64,000 bases of DNA from Eledone cirrhosa (taxonomy: Eukaryota). How positions within the stretch are numbered: position 1 is the stretch's first letter; every line of letters starts with the position of its first letter. The position numbers were made by a program, and so were the translations under genes. This document shows, one piece after another, positions 49,221 through 62,442 of this stretch. The notes beneath the pieces were generated by a model. It searched no databases and was not told the origin of the DNA. It was given only the letters and a program-made list of their open reading frames with translations. The stretch covers positions 28,830,001 through 28,894,000 of the forward strand of contig OZ024744.1 in NCBI GenBank assembly GCA_964016885.1, read 5' to 3'.

Positions 49221-51420
49221 ATGGAATTCTTTAAGATCTCTTCTTCTCTAAAAGACATACCTCTACCTAGGAACAAAGATTTTATTAAACAATTAAGAGA
49301 AAAATCAGACTCTTTTATAAGAAGAATCAGGTGGCGTGCTTTCCACTTTGATAAATCTAATCTAAATGAAAATGTTTCAAATCTGGATAAAATTTTCAAA
49401 TCTAACCCCCCCCCCCCCAACAAACTACTAATGGATTTTGAAAATGATATCATGTCTATCATCAAGGCATCAAATTTAAAAAAAACTTCAAAGGCCAGGA
49501 TTACTTAAGAAGTATTAAGGATAATATTGAAAACTTGGAGAAAACAGAGAAAATTCTAGTGAAGTCGGACAAAACTAATAATCTTTATGGAATACAAAAG
49601 GACCTTATATTGAAGGAACTAAGGAAAAAGTACAAGGTAGCAAATAAGGACGAACTTGAAAAACTGAATACAGATGCATCTTGTATAATGCATGAATTAG
49701 ACATTGAGAATAAAACACAACCCTTCATGCCAAGAAAACCTAAGATCAATATGAAGGATCACAAAAGAAACTTTGAAAATGATTTACCAGTCAGATTAAT
49801 TGCACCATCTAAATCTGACCTGGGCAAACTTAGCAAAAATATTCTAGACAGAGTAATACAACAAATTAAAAACTTACCCAATTTATCTTACTTAAAATTA
49901 TGGAAAGGGACTAGTGAGGTTATCGATTGGTTTAAAGAAATTAAATATAACTATAATAATAAGTTTATTCAGCTGGATATTGCTAACTACTATTCATCTA
50001 TCACTCCTAATCTACTGAATAAGGCACTAAATTACGCATTTAAACATACAGACCTAACTAGCAATGAAATGCACATTATATTATCGGCAAGGAAAACATT
50101 GATAGAATTTAATAACCAACACTGGACTAGGGCAGATAGAAATAATAATTTCGACATAACTATGGGATCATCAGACTCAGCTCAGGTAACGGACCTTGTG
50201 GGCCTATTTATAATTAATTCGCTACATAGAAAAATACCAGGTGTAACTGGAGGCTTATATCGTGATGACATGCTTTTACTTATAGAAAATAATAGCTGTG
50301 AACTAAATAGAAAAAGAAAACAAATTATACAATTTTTTAATTACCTTAATCTAAAAGTAGAAATAGAGAATAACCATACAATAGTCAATTTTCTTGACGT
50401 AACACTAAATCTCAACACATGTCTTCATTATCCATTTCACAACCTAAATGAGAACTTGAATTATGTTAATTTTAAATCTATTACCCCAGATCTGTTAAAA
50501 ATATTATAGTGAACTCTGTTCAAGAAAGAATTTCAAGAATTTCATCTAATAAAAATATAATTGATGAAAAAGCGCAGTATTACAACGAAGCGTTAGGTAG
50601 AGCTGGATATAGAAATGAAATTAAATACATTGATAATAATAATAATAAGCAAACTAACCAAAATAATAACAATTTTAATTATGGTAACAACTTTAGCAAC
50701 TATAATAGAAAACATTACAATAATTCCAAAAGCCGAAAAAGAAATAGAACTAGAAACATATTATGGTTTGCTCCCCCTTTCTCACTAAATATTAAAACCC
50801 CTATTGCAAAACTATTCTTTAAAGCTCTTGACAAACGCTTCCCTAGAACACATAAATGTTACTCAATTTTTAATAGACACACTATAAAATTAACTTACAC
50901 GTCCACCAAAAATTTAGCACAAAATATTAATAGAATTAATAATAGAAATTTAAAACCTAACCAAAATACCAATAATAACCCAAGCAATATTCAATTGAAT
51001 AACTGTAACTGTAGAAATAAATCTAACTGTCCGTTAAATACCAACTGCTTAGCTAAAAATGTAGTGTACAATTGTAATGTTAAAACTAATTTAAATTCAT
51101 TTAACTATGTCGGTTCTACCTCTACAGAATTTAAATTTCGCTTCAATAATCATAAAAATTCTTTCACAGGTCCATCCAAACAAAAAATCTTCAGCTTCGC
51201 TATCTAGCCTACTATGGGACCTAAAACGAGATAATGTTAAATATTCGATGACTTGGAATATTATTTCATAAGCTACTCCTTTTAATTCCTCTTCAGAAAA
51301 TTGTGATCTTTGTATTGAAGAAATATTCTTTATATTAAAGTCCAAAAATTCCCTTAATTTAAGGAATAATTTATTCAGTTGCTGCAGACATAGATTGAAC
51401 TCAACGTTTAAATATAAATA
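49221..51420 (+). pseudogene. PLE RT plus GIY-YIG polyprotein with at least 3 frameshifts
   Basis: KSDKTNNLY, PVRLIAPSKSDLG, FIQLDIANYYSSI, FDITMGSSDSAQ, GLYRDD, VNFLDVTL, WFAPPFS, CNCRNKSNCPL..C, VVY..YVGST, NCDLC and CCRH. Confidence 0.9.
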
Positions 51421-52593
51421 TAAATTTAAAATGTAGTATAATTAATTAAGTAATTTAGTTAATATATGAAACCTGTCGATAAATCATTAGATTCCTTCAC
51501 CTTTTTCTTTTTAAACTTTCTTCCTAAATATAAACATAGATATAATAAACTACTCTAAAATGTCTATACTTCCAATGTCTTAAATAAAATATACGTAAGA
51601 TAAATTTCTATACTAAATATAAGGATATCTGTAGAATCCTTGGCTTTTTTAAATTTTTTAAATTTTTAAATTTTTTAAATTTTTAAATTTTTAAATTTTT
51701 AAATTTTTAAATTATATTGATATATTTATTTAACTTTTATTTTTTTATTTTTTTTATTTTAATTTTAATTTTTTTTTTTTATATATTTTTTTTTTTTTAT
51801 TTTTATTTTTTTTTTTTTTTTATTTATTTATTTATTTATTTATTTTTTTTTTATTAGGTTTGTTTTGATTCTGATAGCTTCTCATAATTTTCATAAGTCT
51901 ACCCTTTCAATATCTTGATTGAAATATACGTAGGATAAATGTCTATACTAAATATATGAAACATTATTTTAACTTAAGATACTCTATAGTGTTTTAAAGA
52001 TATTTAGTGTTTTGATATTTCTAGAATTCGTTTGTCCTTTAGACTATACTGATATAATTGTATTTCCAAAATATAATCCTTTGGTATTTTAAATTTATAT
52101 TGTTATAATTATATTTCCAAAGTATAATCCTTTAGTAATATATTGATATTTGATTATCTCTATACAAATATGTATGTGTGTATTAACATGCATATAAAAG
52201 TGTTATATGTTTTTTTTAATGATTGTATATCTGTCTGTATGTGTACATGAGTGATGTGGGTCTAACAATTGGCGAAGACGCACGCAAATATTTATTTATA
52301 CATATGTGTATATATATATATGTATATGTATGTGTGTGGGTGAGAGTTATGTGTGTGCATGCCTACCCACACAGTTTTGATTGCAGATATGCATAATTTT
52401 AACAGAATGTTAAATGCATGAATGGTAATCGTATATATGAAGGCATGAATGCTAATCGTATATATTTATGTATATATACTGTGAATTTTTTATAACACAA
52501 GGAATGTATAGCAGTGATTAAGAGAAATCATTTGTGTTTTGTATGTCTATATTGTAGGCTTGAGTAGATATAATTTCTATTTTCAGGATGTGC

Positions 52594-52679
<86 letters not shown>

Positions 52680-53295
52680 GTATCTTTGCCGTAAGATAGT
52701 GGTTTCTCTAGCAATGTGTACATTTTGGATGCTTAAATTCAAATTTTAGTATATTGATCTCAATTTTTAAACTAAACATATAATCATTATTAAACAATGT
52801 TTAATTTCTCATATTATATATTTATGTCCCATTCATGAATATTAATATTTATATTTTTATTATTCATTTCATATAAATTGTTAACTCAACTTAATATGAC
52901 ATGACGTAAAGTTTTCATTATCTCCCCCTCTCTCTATATATTATTTCTCTCTCTTGAGTCTTTCTATCTGTCTGTTGATTTGATATCTCTCTGTTGCTTT
53001 CCTCTGTTTTTCTTGTTCCTTCCTTTTTTCTTTTTTCTTTCTTTCCTCCTGTCTTTATTTATCCCTTCCTTTTTTCTCCATGCATTTCGCTTTCTCCGAT
53101 ATTTCTCCACGTTTTTACTTTTTCTTTTTTCTCTCTTTCCGTATTTTTTCTTTCTCTCCGTCTTTTTCTAATTGTCCTTAACACTAAGACTTATTAAAAT
53201 AATATAAACAATTCACTATCCAGATGGCTTCCAAAAATAATGGTCGCACTTTAAAAAGGTACGTCAAAGCTTATTTGTAAAACTGTTATATATTG

Positions 53296-53360
53296 TATTT
53301 TGTCTGATGAAGGCATACCATAATTTAATTTGGTATCCCTGAAATATGTATAATGAAATA
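53296..53360 (+). ncRNA. Hammerhead ribozyme (family 5) in the 3' pLTR
   Basis: Identical to 48976-49040. Confidence 0.82.
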
Positions 53361-53420
53361 AATATGGTTTTATAAATATAGTTTCCATTTATTAATATCG
53401 TATATATATATATATATATA

Positions 53421-53917
53421 TATAAACGTTTGTATTTGTAAAGCCAGAACTATGCAGGTATTGATATAGAATATAAATGCAAATGCAAAAGATATTGTTG
53501 ACAATTAGTCAGTTTTTAACACGATAGAGCATCTATCTCCCACATTCACGCATAGACATATCTTCTCACACTCACACACACACACACATACTTACACCTT
53601 CACGTATTCTCCCACAAACTCAAACATATATGTACACACCCCTTTTAAAGGGAGACTACTCTTTATCCACCTAACCTTCACTCTTTGACATTAGAGATAG
53701 AACATACCATTTCCTGTCAGCATGACTTGGCAAGCTATTTAGAACGCTGGTTTAACAACCTTACTTCCCTCCGAAGAAGAGATATTATCTCGAAAATTAA
53801 GGATATTTAAATAAATTTAAGGTAAAAGGCTAATTGACAACAATATCTTTTGCATTTGCATTTATATTCTATATCCCTACCTGCATTGTTTTGGTTTTAC
53901 AAATACAAACGTTTATA
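53421..53917. repeat. Foldback element with 90-bp inverted arms (53421-53510 / 53828-53917) enclosing an HHR-like motif
   Basis: Arms differ at 7 positions. TA tracts lie nearby on both sides. Confidence 0.85.
53768..53802 (+). ncRNA. Very small HHR-like motif with a U4C core (CCGAAGA)
   Basis: CCT-CCGAAGA-a GAGAT att ATCTC-GAAA-AT-TA-AGG: stem I only 3 bp, palindromic AATT stem III. Confidence 0.45.
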
Positions 53918-53967
53918 TCTCATTACACAATGCTTCAAGTGAACTATAACTTCCTCCTATATATATA

Positions 53968-54101
<134 letters not shown>

Positions 54102-54181
54102 TGTACATATTCATATATGTACATATATGTATGTATATTTAAAAAAAAAAGAAAAGAATGACTTCACTTGGTGTATATATA

Positions 54182-54272
<91 letters not shown>

Positions 54273-54611
54273 CTATGCTTTAATTCCTTTAAATCTTCGT
54301 CAACATAGCACCACACCCTACACCCCAGACACATCCAAATCTCTCTTATATATAGAGTCACACATCACAACACAACATGATTTCAGTTTGACAATCGCCA
54401 CCGATGAATGCGAGAATGTTCTCCAACAAAGTTAACCAGGAATCTTTAAAATTCTTCCTACCGAAGTTAACAAAGAATTTGCTAGATCCACCAACTCATA
54501 ATATTATAATAGTATAAACTTAAATCAAATTATTTAGCACTACAAGTGAAGTCATTATTTTCCTTTTTTTCAAATATACCTAACTGTACCAAGGATCTCA
54601 CACACTTTCCA

Positions 54612-54857
<246 letters not shown>

Positions 54858-54911
54858 CTTTCACTCGTGTAGGACACCTCGGTTATTTTTCAATTTGTAA
54901 AAAAACCTCAC

Positions 54912-54997
<86 letters not shown>

Positions 54998-55069
54998 CAT
55001 AGATTGAGTTAGAAGCTCAAAATAGTATTTTACAATTAAATAGCTCAAAGACGGGAATCTTTCCAAACC

Positions 55070-55124
<55 letters not shown>

Positions 55125-55125
<1 letters not shown>

Positions 55126-58100
55126 TAATTCAAAATATTAACAAAATATATATTCTTGTGATCAATTATATTTTATTATGCATATTTCAGAGATTCTGAG
55201 TTAAGTTCAACAGTACGTCCTCATCAGATAAAATAAAATGATACATGACATACCCTGACATGGTAGATGGTTAAGATTCAATCAAGGTAGTGATTAACTT
55301 ATGACAAAACTCAATATTTATACCCTAATATTGAGAACATGAGATAACGTAATACAAACAATAGAGAGGGTGCGTGTAATAGATTTAAGAAATACATGGC
55401 ATCAATATAACAGTTATAAATCTTTTTATTTTAAAAACTACTACTAAAAAGCATAGATGAAGAAACAGCTGATGTGATAATATATTTAGTATGTGTCTTG
55501 AGAAGACACATGAAAGATGATTAAAGAGAGAGACAAAGGGGAGTAATTTATGTTGAAGTTTCTATACACATAGACTTCCATATAATATAGTTGGCGTTTA
55601 ATTTTCAAAATATTTAATTTATGTTATTTCAGGGTAAAGAATCATATTTTAGGTTTTCAAAGTTAATAGGTATTTGTATTAATATTATAATATAATTATG
55701 TTAAATTTCTAAAATTTTATGAAAACAAATTTAAAGGATTTACGAAACACGATAAAGAAAAAAATATATATATAATGTTTTATATCCTCACGAAGGTAAT
55801 CTTTACCAAAATTACTTATAATATTGACAACAGTTTCTATAATATAATTTATAAGGTAATTAAAGTTATAATTATTAAAGAATTTATTATTAAATAGTTT
55901 GAGTGCCTAAAGTATCAACCGGCCTTATAATTAAACTTGAAGAAGTTAGAATTTTCAATTATATATATGTATTGATCATAAAATACCAAGATTATAGTTT
56001 ATTATTTGTTCATAGTTGAGGTGATACCTTTCAAATATAAATAATATATTATTATATTACAATAACACAATATTGCAATATAGTAAATAATTTCCTGAAG
56101 ATATTGCTAAAAAATATGTATAGTTAAAAGTATTGTTAAAGAATTAATGTTTTATATCAATTATTTTCATTTAGTTGATATATACTATAAAGATATAAGT
56201 CAAAACTATATGAGTCCTAGTGATAGGGGCTAGATGCAAAATAAATATAGAAATAAAAGAAAATGAATTTTTTGTGAAATTTAAAGATGCCCACAATTAG
56301 AAATTAAATGCAATAGGGTTTTAATAAAGTATAGAAAAGATATCTCTAAAATATTTTAGGGAATGTGATATAAAGAAGCGCTGAATATTTGGAAAAGCTG
56401 AAGGTAATCTAAATTTAATTAAAATAAAATAAAACAAAATAAGTTAAATTAAATTATATTATTTTATATTATATTAAGTAAATGATTATATAAGTTCGAC
56501 CTTCCAGGGAATACCAAACAGTTATAACAATATAAAGTCATTTGAGTGTCTAAATTGTTTATAAATATAACTATGATTATGTTATTACACTAGATAAAGA
56601 TATTTGTACAACTATATATAGATATAATTATAGGTATTAATGAAACGGTATACATTTAATAAAAATAATAATTATAATCATTGTTAGTAATGCTATAATT
56701 GTAGTTTTACCTCCAGTTCAGTGGAGAGATAGACCAATATCTGTCAGCTATTATGGTTTGTTAAATTTATACCTAGATATGCATAAAAAACCAAGTGCAA
56801 ATCTAACTTTCTGAGTCCCCAAAAACATACTCGAAATGAGTAAAATATGCAAACGCATGAATGATCCACAGTTCAAATTATAATCAGTAAATTTTCAAGT
56901 TAAATATCCAAACTATATATTTAAAATAGAGACAGATAAATAAAGATCTGAATCAAAGTTATAAATATCCCAAAAATCATGGGGTATGTATATCTATCAA
57001 GTAAACAAGTTATCAAACAAGTGTCCTTAATTCAAACATTAATTCTATTATAAATTATTAGAAGTTAAAGCATTATTAAAGTTTTATAAACCGTTATGAC
57101 TTATATGTTCAACCGTTGATAATAGACGTCAAAAATAAGGTCTGATTGTTTACTGTTTTTTCCGGACTTTTTGCGAGGCTTGGAATGTAGACAAAGCTTT
57201 ATGAAGGCAGTTTGAGAATAATTCACTTTTTTTGTTAATTAAGTTTTCATAATTATTAATAGGGTCTCCTTTGTACAGAGGTCGCAGTTAATTGATATTA
57301 AAGAGTTGGTATAAATTCCACTATTACAAAGCTTCGTCCAAAAGATCGAGTATTTTAAATTTTTGTCTTTTAATGACCATATAAGCTGTGGTAAAGAGGT
57401 CGAAGACTTCCTATTAAAATTCGAAAATGAGCATTTGTGATTCGCAAATCTCTATTTAAATGTCGAAGAAGTTGCTCCTATGTAGTTGTATGTGTTGTTA
57501 TTTGTTTTTACAGTGCATTTATACACCAGATTTCTATCCAGACAATTATTTTGCAGAGGGCAATCTGGTTTATTTCTAAAATTACATTTTGATTTATTAT
57601 TATTTATATTAACACTATTATTATTATCATTATGTTGATTTTGATTTAGAATTATACTGTTTATTTTAGCGATGTTTTGGACCATATTCATAGTTGTAGA
57701 ATAAGACAGTTTAATTGTGTGTCTATTAAATATGGAGTGGTATTTATGTTGACTAGGGAATGAACTATCTAAAGCTTTAAAATATAGATTAGCTATTGGT
57801 CTTCTTACTGCTACAGAAGCAGGGGGGGGGGGCATATAACTAATTTAGTTCTGGTTCTTTTCCCCGATTTATTCACAGTACAGGTGTTTGAATTACAATT
57901 ATTAGAATCTATAGAATTTCGTTTATATATGCCATTATTTTTATCAGGATTAAAACTCAGATTATTATTGTCAATATATTCTATATTATTTTTATAACCT
58001 GCCTTTTTTAGCGCATCATTGTAATATCCTGCATTTTCATCAAATATTGATTTATTAGCAGATATCCTAGTTATGCGATTTTGTACGCTATTTACAATTG

Positions 58101-58812
58101 CTTTTTTCACTGATTTAGGGTGATTAGAGTAATAACTAATGTAATTTAAGTTTTCATTGGGCTTATGGAAAAGGTAATAAAAACCAGAGTTTAAGTTACG
58201 GGTAATATCAAGGAAATTAACTATTTTGGTACCACTTTCTACGTCTAGTTTAAGGTCGTAATTTTTAAAGAATTCAATTATATTTTTCTTTACCCTATTT
58301 AGTTCTATATTGTTGTATTTAACAACCGTAAATAAAATATCGTCCCTATATAAACCACCGGTAATCTCCGGCAGTTTTCTATTTATCATATTTAAGAGGA
58401 AAATCCCCAGAAGATTCGTGATTTGCGCTGAATCAGATGATCCCATGGTAATGTCGAAGTTTCTATTTCCATCTGAGCGGGTCCAATACTCATTGTTGAA
58501 GTTAATTAGAGTTATTCTAGCAGTTAATATGATATCAATTTCATCCGTAGTTAGATCAGTATGTTTGTAAGCATATGATAAAGTCTTATTTAGTAGGTTA
58601 GGCGTAATGGAAGAGTAATAGCTTGTTATGTCCATCTGGATGAATTTACGGTTTTTCTTATCATCTATATTCCTATACCATTCAATGACTTCATTTGTAT
58701 CCTTCCACAAGCTCAATTTAGACCTCAAGTTCAAAGTAGGTAGAATTCTATCAATAATATTTTTACTGATTACTCCAATATCCGATTTGGATGGAGCAAT
58801 CAGTCTAGCTCT
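55125..58812 (-). mobile_element. 5'-truncated Naiad-like Penelope element (RT, GIY-YIG, about 2-kb 3' region ending in an HHR) between (TA)n tracts
   Basis: ARLIAPSKSDIG, FIQMDITSYYSSI, FDITMGSSDSAQ, GLYRDD, NKPDCPLQNNC, LVY..YIGAT and NCDLC. Same-strand HHR at 55169-55235. Confidence 0.85.
55169..55235 (-). ncRNA. Hammerhead ribozyme (family 6)
   Basis: Minus strand TATTTTAT-CTGATGA-GGA..TCT-GAAA-TATGCA-TA-ATAAAATA: 8-bp stem I, imperfect long stem II, near-palindromic stem III. Confidence 0.72.
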
Positions 58813-58827
58813 TAAATATATATATAT

Positions 58828-58892
<65 letters not shown>

Positions 58893-58896
<4 letters not shown>

Positions 58897-60130
58897 GAGT
58901 TTTTCTCATCCCAACTTGTCCTTGCACCAACAAGGCACCAGAAGAACATTCTGCATCTAGTGTTTAGTAACCACACTAACACTCTACATAATGTTACAGT
59001 GGAGAAAACCCTTCTCTCAGACCATGACATGTTTCTTTGAAACCTGAGATTCCACCAGCCGAAAGCTAGTCCTAGGGACCTCTTTCCAACCCACCCATTT
59101 GATAACATGGATCTCTACAATGCCAACTGGGATGCAATTATGAACGAACTATGACATGCTGACTGGTCTTTTACACACGCACACATTTCCACAACAACAA
59201 AACATCTTGGCAGATATTTGTAGTCACTGTCACAAATATATGTACAAAGCACACCCCACCAAAACTTGTGAGCAAAACTACGTGCAGTATCCCCCAAAAC
59301 AGAAAAACAATTATCAGAAAAATTAAAAAATTAACACACTAAAATACTGCCAACAGCAACACACACATTCGACGGCTATCGCCCTGCTTGAATTAAAAAA
59401 ATATAACCTCCAACAATGCATGAAGACCATCATCAATAACCAGAGAACAGCTGAAGAGAGGTGGGCCATTTAGAAAAACAAACTCAACCCCAAAGTGTTC
59501 TTTTCATTTGCTAAAAACACAAGGTCTCCACTGTTGGCCCTCTAGTTGATGAAAATGGCACACTCCAAGACAATGCCAAAACCATGGGCAAGATACTACA
59601 GAGACAATATTGCTTTGTTTTCAGCAATCCTGATATGGTCTATCTGGGCTGTATCAGTGATGTTAATCCCCAACACACTATATCGAACATAACGTTTGGC
59701 GCCCCTGATGTCTTAGCGGCAATAAACGAAATTAAACACAATTCAGCAGTAGGTCCCGACAGGTTCCCTGCTTGTGTCCTGAAGGTGTATCGACACCAAC
59801 TGGCATCTCCTCTTGCTAATCTGTGGAGGAACTCACTGGATACTGGCTATATTCCAGAAAACTTTCTGTCCCAGTCCGTTGTCCCAGTCTTCAAAAAGGA
59901 AAATAAGTCCCTTGCAGTGAACTACCGTCCGATCTCACTCACCTCTCACATTATCAATGTATTTGAGGGGGTGGTGAGATCACGAATAACCCACTTTCTT
60001 GAAAGCAACAGCCTGCTGAACTCCAACCAAGATGGGTTCCTTAATGGAAGAGACTGCATCACTTAAACGATGTTTTGAGATCCTTGGGAGAGGGCTCCAA
60101 CACTGCTGTAATCTACCTTGATTTCATTTT
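58893..60130 (+). mobile_element. Degenerate CR1/L2-group LINE fragment (tether and RT start); 60713-60806 re-duplicates 59355-59448
   Basis: SDHD, NANWD, NPKVFFSF, AVGPDRFP, VVPVFKK, NYRPISLTSH and NQDGF. Confidence 0.75.
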
Positions 60131-60212
60131 CCTGTATACGAGTGATCAATGACCGGCTTTGCCATAATATATATATCTTTATCGAGCCCTCTTTGGATTT
60201 TAGTCTTCAAAT

Positions 60213-60296
<84 letters not shown>

Positions 60297-60373
60297 TTTT
60301 AAATTATATATATATCTATATGAAACAGTTTCATATATATATGTATATATATATATATATATTTATGAATCAG

Positions 60374-60464
<91 letters not shown>

Positions 60465-60468
60465 TTTA

Positions 60469-60712
60469 TCCCGGGTTCAAAACGAGGCTAACCACAGTAA
60501 GTAAGGTACTCAATACAAAGTAGAGTATAAAAAAATATTTAATATAGAAATGGCTTCTATAGGACTAGACCTGTTTCATTCGGGACTTCCTGATGATTTC
60601 TCCCGAATTAAACAGTTCTAGTCTTGTAGAAGCCATTTCTATATTAAATATTTATATTCTGTTTTGTATTGATTACCTTACTTACTGTGGGTACCCCCAA
60701 TTGAACCCGGGA
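60469..60712. repeat. 244-bp foldback (arms about 115 bp, 15-nt loop)
   Basis: TCCCGGGTTCAA...ATTCGGGA / TCCCGAAT...TTGAACCCGGGA. Confidence 0.88.
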
Positions 60713-61544
60713 GCAACACACACATTCGACGGCTATCGCCCTGCTTGAATCAAACAAATATAACCCCCCAACAATGCATGAAGACCATCAGCAATAACCA
60801 GAGGACAGGTGGTAAGGAACCAGATAGACCATAACGCACCAGAGTACTCCATACTTAGGGTAGTAGAGTGGGTAATATTATATATATATATATATATGAA
60901 ACTGTTTCATATAATATATGAAAATGTTCATTTATACATATATATATATATATGAAAAATGGAGAGCTGTGTGGTTGCACATGGGTTACATATGAATAAA
61001 AATTAGTCATTCATCAGTGATCTTCCAACCTTCATTGGTATTTCATCGCTTTAAAGATCATATACCTGGTTGGTGCGAGCAATAACTAAAGAAAGTTATT
61101 GGGACACGTAAAATAGGGTGAAATGAGCGAGACATGTAAACAAACATAGATGGTATGGCAACGGAAAGATAAGAAGAGAGGAGACAAGTCCGTGAAATCT
61201 TATAAACTTAAGCTTGGTGAAATCATAGACGAGAGATACAGACCATCCGACCTGGGTGAGATGTGAGTGAGAAAAGGATTTCACACAGGTCAAACGGGAG
61301 GAAGTGAGAGAGGGGAGAAGCAGAGAGTGAGTGTGTGAAACTGTGAGGAAGAGACCAGCTGAGAGAGAGTGACTGGCAGAGGGGGTAAAAAGAAGGTGAG
61401 AGATACAGAGTAAGGGGAAGCAGTAAGAAAGAAACAGACAGGTCGTAGCGGAGGAAAAAATATAAATATATATATATAATGAAAAAAAAAATGTTTCGTT
61501 CTACATGGCTGAATACAATGAATATAATCTGAGTTTTAATAATT

Positions 61545-61724
61545 GTTTCTACTTTTGGCACAAGGCCAGCAATTATCCAGTGCATTACTGGTACTTTATT
61601 TTATCGACCCCGTAAGGATGAAAGGCAAAGTTAACCTCGGCGGGATTTGAACTCAAACCATAAAGGGGCGTAACTCTTTGCTGCAAAGCATAGCGTCAGA
61701 CCCTCTACCGATACTGCCAATCCA
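61545..61724 (-). mobile_element. tRNA-derived SINE resembling families I recall from octopod genomes
   Basis: Minus strand A-box-like TGGCAGTATCGG, B-box GAGTTCAAATCC and body GCCTTTCATCCTTACGGGGTCGATAAAATAAAGTACCAGT. Confidence 0.75.
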
Positions 61725-61961
61725 TTAATAATGATATATATATATATTTTAATATGGCAAAGCCGGCCATTAATAGCTCGTATACAGGAAACTGACTGGC
61801 CAGTCTACTGATATGCAAATCTTGCTGATCAGTGGATCTGCTAATATGAAGATCAACTGATCAGCCAATCTGCTAATATGCAAATCAGGCTGATCAGTTA
61901 CTGTATATTTTAGAAAATAGCATAAATTTTCACTAGCTCTGACAGTTGTCAGGTGAAGAGT

Positions 61962-62011
61962 GAGCTGTACTGATGAAGGGCGATACCCAGAAATATTAGT
62001 GTCTGCAGTTC
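61962..62011 (+). ncRNA. Hammerhead ribozyme (family 7), orphan
   Basis: GAGCTGTA-CTGATGA-a GGG cgata CCC a-GAAA-TATTAGTG-TC-TGCAGTTC: 8-bp stem I, GUC cleavage after 62003, A.A mismatch at the base of stem II. Confidence 0.75.
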
Positions 62012-62220
62012 TGTTTACATGCCAACACTGACATGTCTTTCAAATTGAGGCTTGTTTTCATAATTGCAAATGAATCGAATATTATTATTAATATTCGAAA
62101 AACTCAGATTACATTTATTATATATATATATTTTTTGTCGATCGACTTTCGTCAAATTGGACCGAGGAAACATTGTTTCCGTTGGTCTTTCTAATTGCTA
62201 ATACTATCACAACTCCAGGT

Positions 62221-62344
62221 AGCTGGAGCAACGTGAAATAATGCGTCTTGCTCAGGGACATAAGACATCGCCCGTTCCAGGAATCGAACTGACAACCTCA
62301 CGATTGTGAATCCCGTTCTCCAACCAATCAACCACACGCCTTCA
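62221..62344 (-). mobile_element. Truncated tRNA-derived SINE (second family)
   Basis: Minus strand GGCGTGTGGTTGATTGG (A box), AGTTCGATTCC (B box), then CCCTGAGCAAGACGCATTATTTCACGTTGCTCCAG. Confidence 0.7.
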
Positions 62345-62367
62345 CTTATATATACATACATTCATAT

Positions 62368-62439
<72 letters not shown>

Positions 62440-62442
<3 letters not shown>

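Larger units (their letters stand above)
48728..53405 (+). mobile_element. Near full-length Naiad-like Penelope element flanked by direct pseudo-LTRs of about 360 bp (48728-49085 and 53048-53405), each carrying an HHR
   Basis: Direct repeats 4320 bp apart and almost identical, with an RT-GIY-YIG coding region and a roughly 2-kb AT-rich 3' region between them. Confidence 0.92.

Noticed and set aside
60590-60596. CTGATGA in the foldback loop; also isolated CTGATGA at about 43791(+), 44144(-) and 61011(-)
   Set aside because: No compatible stem II, GAAA, stem III and stem I arrangement. These are chance 7-mers.
61545-62344. tRNA genes
   Set aside because: A/B boxes are present but there is no full cloverleaf, and the sequences continue into SINE bodies.
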